A stretch of 57,567 nt of DNA from Chiloscyllium plagiosum (GCF_004010195.1 NC_057718.1:83312345-83369911); one strand, 5' to 3'. Counted from the first letter of the stretch, positions 13,001-25,260 are shown. The notes: generated by a model from the letters alone, not told the origin. A program made the numbers and translations.

Positions 13001-13873
13001 CTGTCCTTCGTGGAGAAGTTTATGAAGAAAAACACCTTTGACCGTAAGTCCATCAGGAAGTGGTCAGCACATAGTGTCCTTGAGACCCTTCGGGAAAAGG
13101 AGAGGGTGGATCCTATCGAGCGGTTCCCTGGGCAGACTGTCAAAGACATTTGGCAGAATGCCTCATCGCCAGAACTTTCCAAAAAGCACTAAGAGATGGC
13201 TTGGCTGGTGGTGAGAAGGGCTCTGCCTGAGAGATCCTTTATGCACTCCGGGACTCTCAGCCGCACCACACGCTGCCCTCGAAGTGGCTGCGGGGGGGGG
13301 ACGAGACTGTCACACACCTCCGTCTGGAATGTGCCTACGCAGAAGAAGTCTGGAGAGGAATGCAGTGGTGTTTGTCGAGGTTCGTCCCGAGCAGCGCCGT
13401 GACGTGGGACTCCGTGCTCTGCGGTCTGTTCCCCGGGACGCACACCGAGACGAACATCAACTGTGCCTGGGGGATTATCAACTCAGGAAAAGACTCTCTT
13501 TGGGCGGTCCGAAACCTGTTGATCTTCCAGCTGAAGGGGTTGACCCCGACTGAGTGTTGCAGACTGGAACATTCCAAGGTCCAGGACTACGTGGTGAGGG
13601 ACGCGCTGAAGCTTGGGGCAGCTGCCGCCAAGGCGCGGTGGGGAAAGACCACCTCTGCCTGCCTAAGAAGAACAGGGGGCCCACCCAGTCATTTGTGCTC
13701 CGCTGATGCCTCAGCCGTAGAGCTGGATAGTCAATGTACAGACTTGCATATAGGAAAAATAAATTTCGATGTCTGTATGTAAAGCAATGTAATGTGTGCA
13801 CAACAATGGCATGACCAATTGTATAGAGATCCAAATAATTTTATGAATAAAGTACATTTTTGAAATAAAAAAA
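10062..13873 (+). mobile_element. Tx1/L1-clade non-LTR retrotransposon, 5'-truncated in ORF1, with a disrupted ORF2 (APE endonuclease, RT, C-terminal Cys/His region) and poly(A) end
   Basis: ORF1 stop at 10517 and ORF2 ATG at 10519 (taaaatg). APE motifs IASINVR, FLQE, NVYAP, GDFN, SRIDY. RT motifs NWRPISLLNVDYKILSK, LDQEKAFD, YMDD. C-terminal CPRSGC. aataaa plus A-run at the end. Several frameshifts, deletions and a stop at 11595-11597. Confidence 0.93.
12419..12442 (+). repeat. (CT)n microsatellite inside the Tx1 RT
   Basis: tctctctctctctctctctctctc directly after the GVRQG codons. Confidence 0.9.
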
Positions 13874-13884
13874 GCATGTAGCAA

Positions 13885-14195
13885 CAAAGAGAAAAACCTG
13901 CATTTATTTAGTGCTTTTCATAACCACTGGGCTTCTCAAAAGGACTTTACAACTAATTAACTATTTTCAAGTGCACAGTGCTGTGATTGCAGGCGATTTG
14001 CATAAATAAATTCCAGCAGATAGCCACATGATAATGATCTGTTGTCTGATGTTTACTGAGGAACAAATACCTGTAAATTAAAAACAAAAACTTTCTAGCT
14101 CTTTGAAACAGTGCTCCGGCATTTTCTATCTCCACCTCAGAGAATGGATGGGACCTCTGTTTAATGTCTGAGCCATAAGACAAAACCACTGCCTT
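13885..14195 (-). mobile_element. Old Deu-domain SINE (SacSINE1-like)
   Basis: Reverse complement resembles the copies at 25570, 42840 and 44010 ('gacattaaacagaggtcccatcc...ctgtttcaaagag...aaagtcctttt...aaatgcaggt'). Confidence 0.55.
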
Positions 14196-14374
14196 AATCA
14201 ACCGATCTTCAAAATAATCATGGGATATAAGGGAGAACAGAAAAATGTCATTGAGGTGGAAGACCAGTCACAATCTCTCAATAACAGAGTGAAACTAAAA
14301 GGCCAAATGGACAGCTTACATTTTAAAAGCCTAAGCCAACAACAGAGTCTAAATTGGCATACTTTCCGCATTCT

Positions 14375-14680
14375 TTCTTGAGAAGTAGATGCTACTGGCA
14401 AGATCAGTGTTCGTTATCCACTCCAACAGACCTTGAACTGTGGTTTTCTGGCTATTTCAGAGGGCAGTTGACTACCAATCATATCGCTGTGGTTTTGCAG
14501 GAGCAGGAGGCTAGGCTAGCTAAAAGCAGACTTCCTTCCCTACAGGATAGTGAACTCAGTGAATTTTAATGACAATCAATGATCAGTATCATGATCATTA
14601 TGACTAAGACTAGCTTTATATTCCAGATATGTGCTCCATGGGTGTCGTGCCATTACCACAATACCACTATCTCCCTAACT
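14375..14680 (-). mobile_element. Degenerate copy of the SINE family seen at 16147-16665
   Basis: 'agggcagttgactaccaatcatatcgctgtgg' and 'agcagacttccttccct' match the reverse complement of 16320-16420. Confidence 0.6.
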
Positions 14681-14946
14681 TCCTGCGGTTGTCTGGCTGC
14701 AGCAGATTATGATATATTGAGTGTCAGCAATTGAAATCAAAACATTTAAGATCTTTTCTGATGACCACAGAAATCTTTCAGAAGTCAAAAAATGAACACT
14801 GCTAACAAACAAAGCGCATGTGCATGCAGAATTTGACTCTGGGGAGATTTTCATCTGTCCAGTAAAATAAAGAAATTGATGGAATTTAATTCAACAAAAT
14901 ATAAAGTAATCTCTTCAGTGATGTCACAAAATTTTTAAATACTTAC

Positions 14947-14988
14947 ATGCACCTTTGGGGTTGGAGGAAGACCATTGCTAATAGGTTT
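14947..14988 (-). CDS. MAP4K3: MAP4K3 internal exon (42 nt, phase 0-0): KPISNGLPPTPKVH
   Basis: ttccccttacag acceptor, gtaagt donor. Peptide matches the recalled MAP4K3 sequence just before the CNH domain; in frame with the upstream exon. Confidence 0.96.
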
Positions 14989-15705
14989 CTGTAAGGGGAA
15001 ATAAGGGAAAGAAAAGTATATAAATACAGGTTAGGAATAAGAAAATAAAATTATTCCCTAGCAAAGTGATCAAAGTCATCAGTATTCAAAGACAGAAAGA
15101 TTGTCAAACTTCTCATATTTCTGAACCAATTTTACTGCAAAGTCTAAAATGACAACTAACATTCAATCAAATCAGCTTAGTATTTTATAAGCTTTCTCCT
15201 GATCTATTGTTTTTCATCACTTCACGATGTCCCAATGTCATGAATGACATGCCATGTGACTGCCACAATGGTAAACTACCCTTCCTCATCCTTCACAAGC
15301 CTTTAACATAGTTGATCATATTACTTTCTTCCAAAGTTTCTTTACCATGGCTCAACAGGATAGGTTTGCTTTCACCAGGATTCCATTCATATCTCCCCAG
15401 CCAAAACCACAGAATCACCCACAACAGCTTTTGTACTACCTCTGGCATTGTTATTTCTGCTGTCTTGAGAGACCCTCAGCAACACCATCACAAAAAAAAA
15501 GTGCTGATTTCCATTTATAAGCAGGTGTAACACAGTCAACCTCATCATCTCTTCCGTTCCCCTCCCCACTGTTTCTAAATTGTAACTTGACCAAGCTTGC
15601 AGATTGACACATCACAAGGTTCATCGACACACTCATCGACATACTAAAGTTTGGGGCAGATGTTACAGAATCACAATGAGAAAATGTTATCGTCCAAGGT
15701 TTTTT

Positions 15706-16025
15706 TTAGATTAGATTAGATTACTTTACAGTGTGGAAACAGGCCCTTCGGCCCAACAAGTCCACACCGACCCGCCGAAGCGCAAACCACCCATACCCCT
15801 ACATTTACCCCTTACCTAACATTACGGACAATTTAACATGGCCAATTCACCTAACCTGCACATCTTTGTGAATATGGGAGGAAACCGGAGCTCCCGGAGG
15901 AAACCCACGCAGACACGGGGAGAATGTGCAAACTCCACACAGTCAGTCGCCTGAGGCGGGAATTGACCCGGGTCTCTGGCGCTGCGAGGCAGCAGTGCTA
16001 ACCACTGTGCCACCGTGCCGCCCAC
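15706..16025 (-). mobile_element. Young full-length V-SINE (HE1-like) with (TCTAA)n tail
   Basis: Minus strand 'ggcggcacggtggcacagtggttagcactgctgcc...' head, V-domain, CpG-rich; nearly identical to 29744-30056. Confidence 0.92.
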
Positions 16026-16146
16026 TAAAGGTTCTTTAGACATTTTGTAGCAAGTGGCTGAAAACTGTGGCAGTTCCTCAGGTAGTGCTTTACAAACACA
16101 GAAAAGGTGATAGTCCAATGGTATTACTACTTACTATGTAATAGCC

Positions 16147-16665
16147 TAGTGGTATAATCACTAAGCTAATAATTTAGAAATCTAGGTAATATTCTGGAGT
16201 CCTGGCTTTATATTCTGGCATGGCAGATAGTGGAATTTGAATTCAATAATAATCTGGAAATAAGAGTTTAATGGTGACCATGAAACCATTGCCATTGTCA
16301 GGAAAAACTCATACAGTTCACTTATATGCTTTTGGGAAGGAAATCTGCCTTCCTTAGCTGATCTGGCCTCGTGACTCCTCCACAATAATGTGGTTGACTC
16401 TGAACTGCCCTCTGGGCAATTAGGGATGGGCAATAAATACTGGCAAAGCTAGTGATACCCATGCCCCATTATTGCTAGCCTGTTAACCCAGAAACTCAGG
16501 TAATGTTCTGGGGGATCCGGGTTCAAATGACACCAAAGCAGATGCTGGAATGGGAATTCAATAAAAGAAATTAAATCTGGAATTAAGACCTTACTAATGA
16601 CTGTGAAACCACTGTCAATTATCAGAAAAAACACATCTGGTTCATTCCTTTAGGGAGGCAATGAG
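16147..16665 (+). mobile_element. Two head-to-tail copies of a second tRNA-type SINE family (first ~16147-16467, second ~16468-16665, 3'-truncated)
   Basis: Repeated block 'aggtaat(a/g)ttctgg...gcagat...gaattcaataa...aatctggaa.taaga...gaaacca.tg.c.att.tcag.aaaa'; B box 'gggttcaaat' in the second copy. Confidence 0.7.
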
Positions 16666-17444
16666 TTGCAGGGAAAACCTGGAAAGGGCAGGGACACAGA
16701 AGTTGTACCAAATTTTACAGCAGGATATTGATCACAACAATAAATAAACATGACATGTTGTCCAACTATCAGAGGGGAAAACAAATGGCAAGAAACCAGT
16801 GTTTGAGCATCCCCAAAAAGGTAGTAGGAGCTACGGACTGACAACTGATGAGTGTAGTTTTGGGACAGGTGGATAGGTGGGCTGTGTGCGTGTAAAAAGG
16901 GTATCACTGCAGTGGGCTGGAATTTCAAATGTGCAAATTATAGTGTCCATACTTCATGTCCAAATCAAAATTGCCATAATTGAAAGCCAAAATTTGTCCA
17001 TCTTTACTAGGCCAGTTAACAGTAGATTGACAGGCTGTTATGTATTTCACACGGGAATTGCAATAATTACAAATGCTACCAAACAGGTATGGAAAACAGC
17101 AAATGCTTTACCCCAATAAAAAAATAGCATTCCTGAACCAACCAATTACAGAATAGAGATAACTGGTGAAAGAAGTCAACCATAGAGCCCAAATAGGAAA
17201 TGACACTTAAATGAAATGAATGCAGGAGGGAGAATTTCAAACAATTACATTCACATTTCACAGAAATAATAACACCAAATTGATGTACATGTAAGAGATA
17301 TCCTTTCATGCTTTCCTTTCATTCTCTCTGAACAGGAAAAGGCTATACACTGCTATAATAAGAATTATATTTAAAAGGTTGAAAGTATAAAACTATTAGC
17401 AACAGCAAATAACAGAAACTTTACAAAGTAAATTGAATGCTCAC

Positions 17445-17566
17445 GGGGAGATCTTTTTTGTCTTTCCTTGGAGGAAGCCCTGGTGGATAACTACTTCTGT
17501 TTTCGTATAGTTGCTGAGGACTGCTGTCTTTCTCCCCGTTCACCTGGATTGCGCTCACTCCATTTC
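17445..17566 (-). CDS. MAP4K3: MAP4K3 internal exon (122 nt, phase 1-0): (G)NGVSAIQVNGEKDSSPQQLYENRSSYPPGLPPRKDKKDLP
   Basis: ttttctgtttag acceptor, gtgagc donor; open frame, similar to recalled human GNGMSSFQLNGERD...RKEKKDVP; phases fit both neighbours. Confidence 0.94.
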
Positions 17567-17977
17567 CTAAACAGAAAAATGCATTATTTCAGCAAGCACG
17601 AACATGTTGACAGAATTGGTCCTGAAAACACTAAGGTTTAATGTTACATTGCAGAGGCAGCCTGAACCCTCCTAATCACAAACTTAAAAAGGGTGCCCTA
17701 TGACAAGGTACTGTTTACCTTCCTGAGTGTCTACCTTAACACTGACAGGACCTTCAAAAACAAAAACCTATCAAGTTAATCTTCTAGTTGCCAGATTGTA
17801 ACACAGCTTCATTTATGTTCCAGAAAAATGGAAAAGCTAAGACTCTCAATAATGATTAAGATGCGAATTGTCCAGTGTTAATGCTTCTGTTCTCATCTCA
17901 ATGGATGCTTTGTTGCTCCATTTCTTTCCCTAATTAGGAATTCAGGACATAATGCTGATGCAAAATATGACTAGAGA

Positions 17978-18100
17978 CAAAAAAAACCTGCAGATGCTGG
18001 AATCCAAAACAGACAAGCAGGAGGCTGGAAGAACACAGCAAGTCAGGCAGCATCAGGAGGTGGAGAAGTCGACGTTTTGGGTGTAACCCTTCTTCAAAAT
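17978..18100 (-). mobile_element. Isolated PLE terminus (mutated hammerhead motif plus tail)
   Basis: Minus strand TTGAAGA-AGGGT-taca-CCC-AAAA-CGTCGAC...ccagcatctgcag; related to the 9775 unit. Confidence 0.75.
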
Positions 18101-18494
18101 GTGACAGCAATCATACAGAAAAGCTAAAATTTAAAGATGGCTCAGCAATTTCCAGAACAGATTCACCATCCACCAAAATGATGTCAACTAGATTAAAGCC
18201 CAAGGACTGGAAGTAGAAGGGGCAATGCTCTGTTCCCAACATGAAATGTATCAACATCCCAATATTTAAGTCAGACTGAAGATAAACCAGTGGCTTCTGC
18301 AGCTGTGGGCAGATACAAGACTGTGACCATAGAAAATAACATGGCCACATTTTATGGAACAAGAAAATCTGAATAGGTCAAAAAGTATCTTCAAAAGGAT
18401 AACTCTTTTGGGAGGCAAGTATAAACTTATAAGGCAGGGGAATGGGAACCACTGCTTTAATCATCTTTTGGTTTTAAAAGTTAAAAATAAACAT

Positions 18495-19410
18495 TTATAT
18501 AACTGATTTGGATGTGAACATAGGAGGTATAGTTAGTAAGTTTGCAGATGACACCAAAATTGGACAGCAAAGATTACCTCAGAGTACAACAGGATCTTGA
18601 TCAGATGGGTCAATGGGCTGAGAAGTGGCAAATGGAGTTTAATTTAGATAAATGTGAGGTGCTGCATTTTGGAAAAACAAATCAGAGCAGGACTTATACA
18701 CTTAATGGTGAGATGGTGAGGAATGTTGCTGAACAAAGGATCCCTGCAGTGCCAGTTCATAGCTCCTTGAAAGTAGAGTCGCAGGTAGATAGGATAGTGA
18801 AGGCGGCGTTTGATATGCTTTCCTTTATTGGTCAGAGCATTGAGTATAGGAGTTGGGAGGTCATGTTGCAGCTGTATAGGACATTGGTCAGGCCATTTTT
18901 GGAATATTGCGTGCAATTCTGGTCTCCCTCGTCTAGGATGGATGTTAAGAAACATGAAAGGGCTCAGAAAAGATTGACAAGGATGTTGCCAGGGTTGGAG
19001 GATCTGAGCTACAGGGAGAGGTTGAATAGGCTGGGGATGTTTTCTCTGGACCGTCGGAGGCTGAGGGGTGACCTTATAGAGGTTTATAAAATCATGAGGG
19101 GCGTGGATTGGATAAATAGACAAGATCTTTTCCCTGGGGTGAAGGAGTCCAGAACTGGAGGGCATAGGTTTAGGGTGAGAGGGGAAAAATTTAAAAGGGA
19201 CCTAAGGAGCAACTTTTTCACGCTGAGGGTGGTACATGTATGGAATGAGCTGCCAGAGGAAGTGGTGAAAGCTGGTACAATTACAACACTTAAAACGCAT
19301 GGATGGGTATACGAATATGAAGGGTTGAGTGATATGGGCCAAATGCTGGAAATAGGATTAGGTTAGGATATCTGGTCGGCATGGATGTGTTGGACTGAAG
19401 AGTCTGTTTC
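18495..19410 (+). mobile_element. CR1 LINE 3' part (RT C-terminus and 3' UTR), well preserved
   Basis: FADDTK, WAEKWQMEFNLDKCEVLHFG, LYRTLVRPFLEYCVQFWSP, RRRLRGDLIEVYKIMRG, WNELPEEVV. Confidence 0.95.
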
Positions 19411-19559
19411 TATATACATTTGGATTACTGTTTATGACATAACACATTTTGTGGATTAATGAGCTAAGTACAATTTATAAAATCCATTTGTTGTACCTTA
19501 TAAATTTTTCTTCTCGTCTAAAAGGTTCGTATTATTTTCTTGCTTTTTTGTTCAAGTCT

Positions 19560-20620
19560 TAAAGGCATATACTCCTTGCTGGGTTAACACTATGAATACC
19601 AGTCACATCCCATAACTAATCAAAATGATCATTGCATCCCACTTAGCTATTGCGCCTATCATCACCAAACTATATTGGCTCCTAGTCCACCAATATTTCA
19701 GTTAAAATATATATTGTTATGTTCCATTAGGTCTTTAACATACTGTCAAGCTCCCAACCTCTCAGAGAAACCTTGCACAGACTCCCGGCCTCGCTGTGAA
19801 GCCCAGTGTAGAATCTCAGTGAAGCTTGGGGCAGACTCAGCTGCTCCATCTGCTTTTATTTTTTTTCTCGGCTTTAGACTGACTGTAATGCTGAACTTTT
19901 AACTTTATTTTTCTAATTGATGCCTGAGATTCTTTACTTTGCACCTTAATACCTAATAGATTGTGCTGGAAATGGTGACTTTGTACCCTTTTCACTGTAC
20001 TCATGTATCCCTGTACTTGAGTACATGTGACAATAAAACCTAATTCTAATTCTCTTCATAATTTAAAAATAAGGAGTTCCCAATTATGATGGAGGAGAGG
20101 ACATTTTCCTGAGGGTTGCAAGTCTTTGGAATTCTCTTCTACTGAAAGCAGTGGAAATGGGAGTATTGAATTCCTTTAAGACAGAAGTACATCCTTTTTT
20201 AGTCAAAAATCCAAGGTTATTGTGGGTTGGCAGAAATGTGGAGTTGAGGTCAGGAGCAGACCAGACAGACCAAATGTTCTACTCCTGCTCCAATTTTATA
20301 TGCTTGCATTCCTAACTTCTCTGCCTCAACAAACTGTTTGAACTTTGAGTTCCTCCAACTTTAGCCCATTTAACATTCCAAGCTCCCTTTGCAGCATCAC
20401 CAGCAACATATTTCCAACCTCCTACACCCCAACCTGTGAAATTACCTCCAAAAGCCAAACTGCTCCTTCAAGTCCTTTCAACCCGATCACCTAGAGCAAC
20501 ATTTCAGGCAACCCCCCTCAGAATCTCCTACATTTGTTCGTTGTTGGACTTTGTCTGATTGTGCTTCTCTGAAGCACATTGTGTTCCTAATTAAAGTCAC
20601 GACATTAATGTGAGTTGTTA
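19560..20620 (+). mobile_element. Old L2-like LINE 3' end, interrupted by a repeat ending in aataaa/(ctaatt) at ~19745-20053 and a CR1 3' fragment at ~20055-20300
   Basis: 'ctatattggctcctagtc' (LYWLLV, compare L2 LHWLPV). Hairpin gtactca...tgagtac before aataaa at ~20000-20040. 'ctttggaattctcttctactgaaagcagtgg' is CR1-like. Confidence 0.45.
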
Positions 20621-20764
20621 TTGAATTCTTAAATGGTGAGTGGTGATAAATGTTGCCCAATCTGCCCCTCATTCAATATACAATGCATGCATCACCATGA
20701 CATAAAACTCTCAAAGACTCAGATTGGAAATGAAAAACGATCACTTGGACAAGATATTAGAGAA

Positions 20765-22621
20765 GCTCAGCAGGTCTGGCAGCATCTGCTTAAAGAAATC
20801 AAAATTTAACGTTTTGGGTACGGTGACGCTTCCTCAGAACTGATTGTAGCTCGGAAAATGTCTGTTTATTTGCAGCAGATAGGATGGGAAGGGGTTAAGA
20901 AGTGCCAAAAGGTAGGGATACAGCCCAAAGAGAGAGCAGAACAATTGGACAGACAAGTCGATAATGATCTGGCTGGGAGGGTGAATAGATATTAAATGGA
21001 GACTGTTAGTGGCTAACAATAGGTAGTAACAAGGCCTGGTGTGTGGGGTAGGGGGCTAGGTCATGGGGAGTTTAGGCCCAAAGATTATTGAACTTGAGTG
21101 GCTGTTCTTCCAGCTTGTGCTGAGCTTTGTGCAGCACTGCAGCAAACATGAGACAGAGATGTTGCCTCGGGACCAAGGTGGTGCGTTAAAGCTGCAGGCA
21201 ACTGGAAGGTCAGGGTCTTTTCTGCAAAGTGGTCATCCAGTCTATGCTTCGTTTCCCCAACATAGAGGAGACCACATTGTGAGCTGCAAATGCAGTGGAC
21301 TAGATTGTGAGAAATCCACGTAAAGTGCTGCTTTACCTGGAAGATATATTTGGGCACTTGGATACGGACGAGGAAGGAAGTAAATGGGCATGTGTTACAT
21401 CTTTGGCGGTTGTAAGGGAAGGTGCAATGGGGCTGTGAGGTGGTGTTGGGAAAGAAGGAATAGTGGGCCAGGGTGTTGTGGCGGAAACAGCCCCTGCGGA
21501 AGGGGCCAAGGGAGGGGAGGGGAATGTGTGTCTGGTGGTGGCAGAAATGGCTACTGATGATCGTCTGGATGTGGATGCTGGTGGGATGGTAGGTAAGGAC
21601 AAGGAGAACCCTATCACTGTTGCAGGAGGGAACAGAGGGGGTTAGTGCAGACGTGCCTGAGCTGGGTCAGACCCAGTTGAGGGCCCTGTTGACAATGGTG
21701 CTGGGGAATTCAAGGCTGAAGGTGGTGGACATTTTGGAGGCTCCCTTGTCGAAGTTGGCTTCACTGCAACATATGCGATGGAGACCGAGGAACTGGGATA
21801 ATGGAATGGATTCTTTGCAGGAAACAGGGTGCGAGGATGTATAGTCCAGGTAGCTGTGGGAGTCGATGGGTTTATAGTGGATATTAATGGTTAGTCTATC
21901 CCCAGAAATGGAAACAGATATGTCAAGGAAGGGAAGGGAGGAGTCAGAGATAGATCAGGTGAAAGTGAGGGTAGGGTGAAATTGGAAGCAAAATTGATGA
22001 ACTTTTCCAATTCTAGATGAGAGGAGGAAGCAGCACTGATGATATCATCGATATTTTGGAGAAAGAGTTCTAGCTGCGGGCCAGAGTAGGAACTGGAACA
22101 AGGAATATTCTATGTATCCAGTGCTCCAGCAAAGCTCAGTGCAAGCTAGAAGAACATCACCTCATTTTCTGCTTGGGGACCCTGTACCCCTCCAGACTCA
22201 ATATCAAGTTCAATAATTTTAGGGCCTGAATTTCCCCATGTCGTAGTCCCCCAACCACACACACCCCGCCTTTTTAGAGTCTGCCATTACCCACTACCTA
22301 TTGTTATCCACTAACAGTATCCATTAACAGCTATTCACCCTCCCAGCCAGATTGTTATCGAATCCTTTGTGTGTGCAACTGTTCTTCTCTCTTTGGGTTC
22401 TATCCTCACCAATCGTTTACTCCTTAACCCCAACCCCCCGACCCTATCACCTGCATACAAAACAACTTTCTCCTAGCATCAGTTCTGAGGAAGGGTCACC
22501 AGATCCAAAACTAAGTTGACTGAGTTCTCTTCACAAAAGCTACCAGAATTGCTGAGTTTTTCCAGCAACTTCTGTTTTTGTTTCTGATTTACACCAACCA
22601 CAGTTCTTTTGGTTTTTATTC
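20765..22621. mobile_element. Penelope-like insertion with inverted architecture (minus arm ~20765-22118, plus arm ~22119-22621) and a 13-bp TSD
   Basis: agatattagagaa at 20752-20764 and 22622-22634. Minus arm has RT thumb and GIY-YIG (CSSQCGLLYVGETKHRL). Plus arm has KLEEHHLIFCLGTL...LNIKFNNF*, 3' UTR, a decayed hammerhead motif and tail. Confidence 0.88.
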
Positions 22622-23051
22622 AGATATTAGAGAACTCTTGGCATCTGTAAAAATCACAGAACTCAGGAACCTCAAGTCAGAATGGGGGAATCAACTGGAA
22701 ATAGATGATGATTTATATTCTAAATTAAGTTTAAAGAAAAGCAGAACTGGTCTTTCAACCTTAAACTTTTTCCAGCATTATGTTGCTTTGAAAACAAATT
22801 GTCGAGTTATCCAAAGTTATTAAATTTCACACCCATGCTCAGGGCAAATTAAAAGAAAGATGCTTGATACAATGGAAAGCTGAAATCAAAATGTTTCAGC
22901 TACGTCTATTTGTATTACATGAAGATGAATAACTGGCGAAAATTCAAACACTTTGCTGGTAATGGAAAAGTCTTACCAGCCCTATCATGAGAGCCTTCCA
23001 GGCATCTCTTTCGTTGTTTAAAGACTTAGTCTTCTATCTCACTGTCATTAC

Positions 23052-23223
23052 CTAAGACACTGGTCCTGATATAACTACTGTTGGGAGGTAACCGTGGAGG
23101 AGGTGGTCTTGGTGGCACTTGTGTACTTGGCCGTGCAGGGCTGTCAGATGGACACCTCTTGATTGTGCCTTGATTCTCTTCCTCAGGATAACTGCTTTCT
23201 TGTGGTATGTAGATTGACTTTGG
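23052..23223 (-). CDS. MAP4K3: MAP4K3 internal exon (172 nt, phase 0-1): PKSIYIPQESSYPEEENQGTIKRCPSDSPARPSTQVPPRPPPPRLPPNSSYIRTSVL(G)
   Basis: tattcag acceptor, gtaatg donor; contains the MAP4K3 motifs ENQGTIKRCP and VPPRPPPPRLPP. Confidence 0.96.
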
Positions 23224-23619
23224 CTGAATATAATAAAAGAAAAATCATTTTTTAAAAAAAGACAGCAATTTCTGAAAGTTTCAAATTTATCAAGTTTCTA
23301 TAAGTCTGGCACTTGCTGATGTGATATTTTTACACTTACTGTTTTTTCTCTTAACGTAAACAAAGAATGAATACAGGTTTCAAAATGACCCTCAGTTAAT
23401 CAGTTTCTGCAAATTCTAAAGATTTTTAAGACAAATGATCAATCAGTCAGTCATCCAGTGAGGTGATTAGAGCTATAAATTTATTGCTACATTTACCAGC
23501 TATTATCATTCACAAGACAACCATCATAGAATGCTGATGAGCTTGTGTTGAAAGCAAAAGACATCTGAAAAATTTAGCTGACGATAACAGATTTTAAAAA
23601 TTCTTTCATTAGATGGGAG

Positions 23620-25260
23620 TGAAATTGGCAACCTGCTCTTTTACCAATTGTTGAAATGACCGGTCCAATTCAGTTTCTGGTTGCTGACAAGATCCCAGGA
23701 TGTTGACAGTGAGGTATTCAGGATGGCAATACCATTGATTGTCATGGAGAAATGGTTACATTTTCTATTGCTGAAGATGGACATTGCCTGTCACTTGTAT
23801 GATACAAATATTACTTGCCACTGAAAAACCCAAGCCTGAATGTTATCAAAGTCTTAAAGATGTTTAGCATGTCTGGAGTTACAAAAGACATTTAACATTA
23901 TGCAGTCATCCGTGTACACCACTATTTATGATCTTATGATGGAATAAATTTCACTGATGTAATAGCTGAATGTGACTGGGCTCAGGATACTACCTTGAGA
24001 GATTCTTGCAGCATCAGCCTTTCAACTGAGATGACTGGCCTTATAACAATCACAACCATATTCCTTTGTGCTTGGCTGATATTCAAACCAGCTGAGAGAT
24101 TTCTCCTTTGTCTCCAGTTTTGTTAAGGCTCCTTGATATCATACTCAGTCAAATGCTGCCTGACAGTCAAGGACTTTCACTCTCATCTCACCTCTCAAGT
24201 TTAGTTTCTTTGCTCACTCTTCAACTACAACTGTAAGAATGTCAGAAGCCATGAGGCTTGGTGGAATCCAACCAATAGCCAGTGAGCAGATTATTGCTGA
24301 ATAAATGACACTCGATAGCATTGTCAAAAGACACTTCCCATCACTTTACTGGCAATCAACTATAGACTGATGAGGCAATAACTGGTTGTATTGGATTAGT
24401 CTCATTGTTTGCGGACAGAACATACCTGGTCAATTTTCCACATCACTAAGTAGGTGTCACTGTTATAGCTTTTCTCCACCAGCATGGCTATGGGTACAGC
24501 TAGTTCAATCAATTTCTACATATTAAAAATATCAAGGGATACAGGGATTGTGCACAAAAATGTTGTCATAATAGATCAGCCATGACCTCAGTGAAGAGCA
24601 GAGCAAACTTGAAGAGTCAAGTGGGCTTCTCCTGCTCCTGTTTCTTAGTTCCTTCTGCAGGAATGTTGTCAAGAGACCATAGCCTTTGCAGTTTCCTGGT
24701 AGAGGTGTAGGCCTGTTTGTTGATTTAAGATTAATCAAATTAACTTGAACTGGTAATCTCTCTTTGTCATCTTCTGAGATCATCTACTCATTACTTCTGG
24801 CTAAAGATGGCAGCTAATACTTCAACCTGGTCTGTTACAATTTGTACTAGGTCTTCCATCAATAAGGCTGGATAAATTTGTGAAGCTTCCTTCTCCAGTC
24901 TTTGCCACCATTTACAATCATAGGGGGCAAAACTGCAGAGTTTTGATCTGATGTATTGGAGAAGGATTGCTTAGCTCTGTCTTGTGCATGCTGAATTTGC
25001 TGTTGGCAGGCAAGTGGTTCTGTGCTGTAGCTTCACTAACACCTCATTTTTAGGCATGCCTGCTGCTGCTCCAGCATGCTCTCCTGTACTCTTCATTGAA
25101 ACAGAGGTGATCCTTGGTTTGATGGTAATGAGAAAGCAAGGGATATCCTTGGGTACAAGATTAATGCTTTGTTTGAATACAATTCTGCTGCTGACCTACA
25201 GCACCTAACAATGCTCAGCTGAGTTCGTAGATCTGTTCTGAATCAATCCCATTGCAGCAT
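23620..25260 (-). mobile_element. Old LINE (CR1/L2/Jockey group) ORF2 remnant, with a CR1 3'-UTR piece at ~24530-24650
   Basis: Minus translation VLDCQAAFD*V*YQGALTKL and SILSPVTFSYYI...YTDDC; heavily mutated. Confidence 0.65.

Noticed and set aside
10519..13782. Endonuclease/RT ORFs as an active element or a retron-like novel system
   Set aside because: Ordinary Tx1-clade ORF2 broken by frameshifts, deletions and a stop.
15960..16025. tRNA gene-like A/B boxes (also at 6801, ~30000 and 44030)
   Set aside because: They are SINE heads followed by SINE bodies and tails.
22970..23051. Extension of the 172-nt exon to a downstream gtaaga donor
   Set aside because: Read-through hits TAA after GNDSEIED; the gtaatg donor already gives the correct phase.
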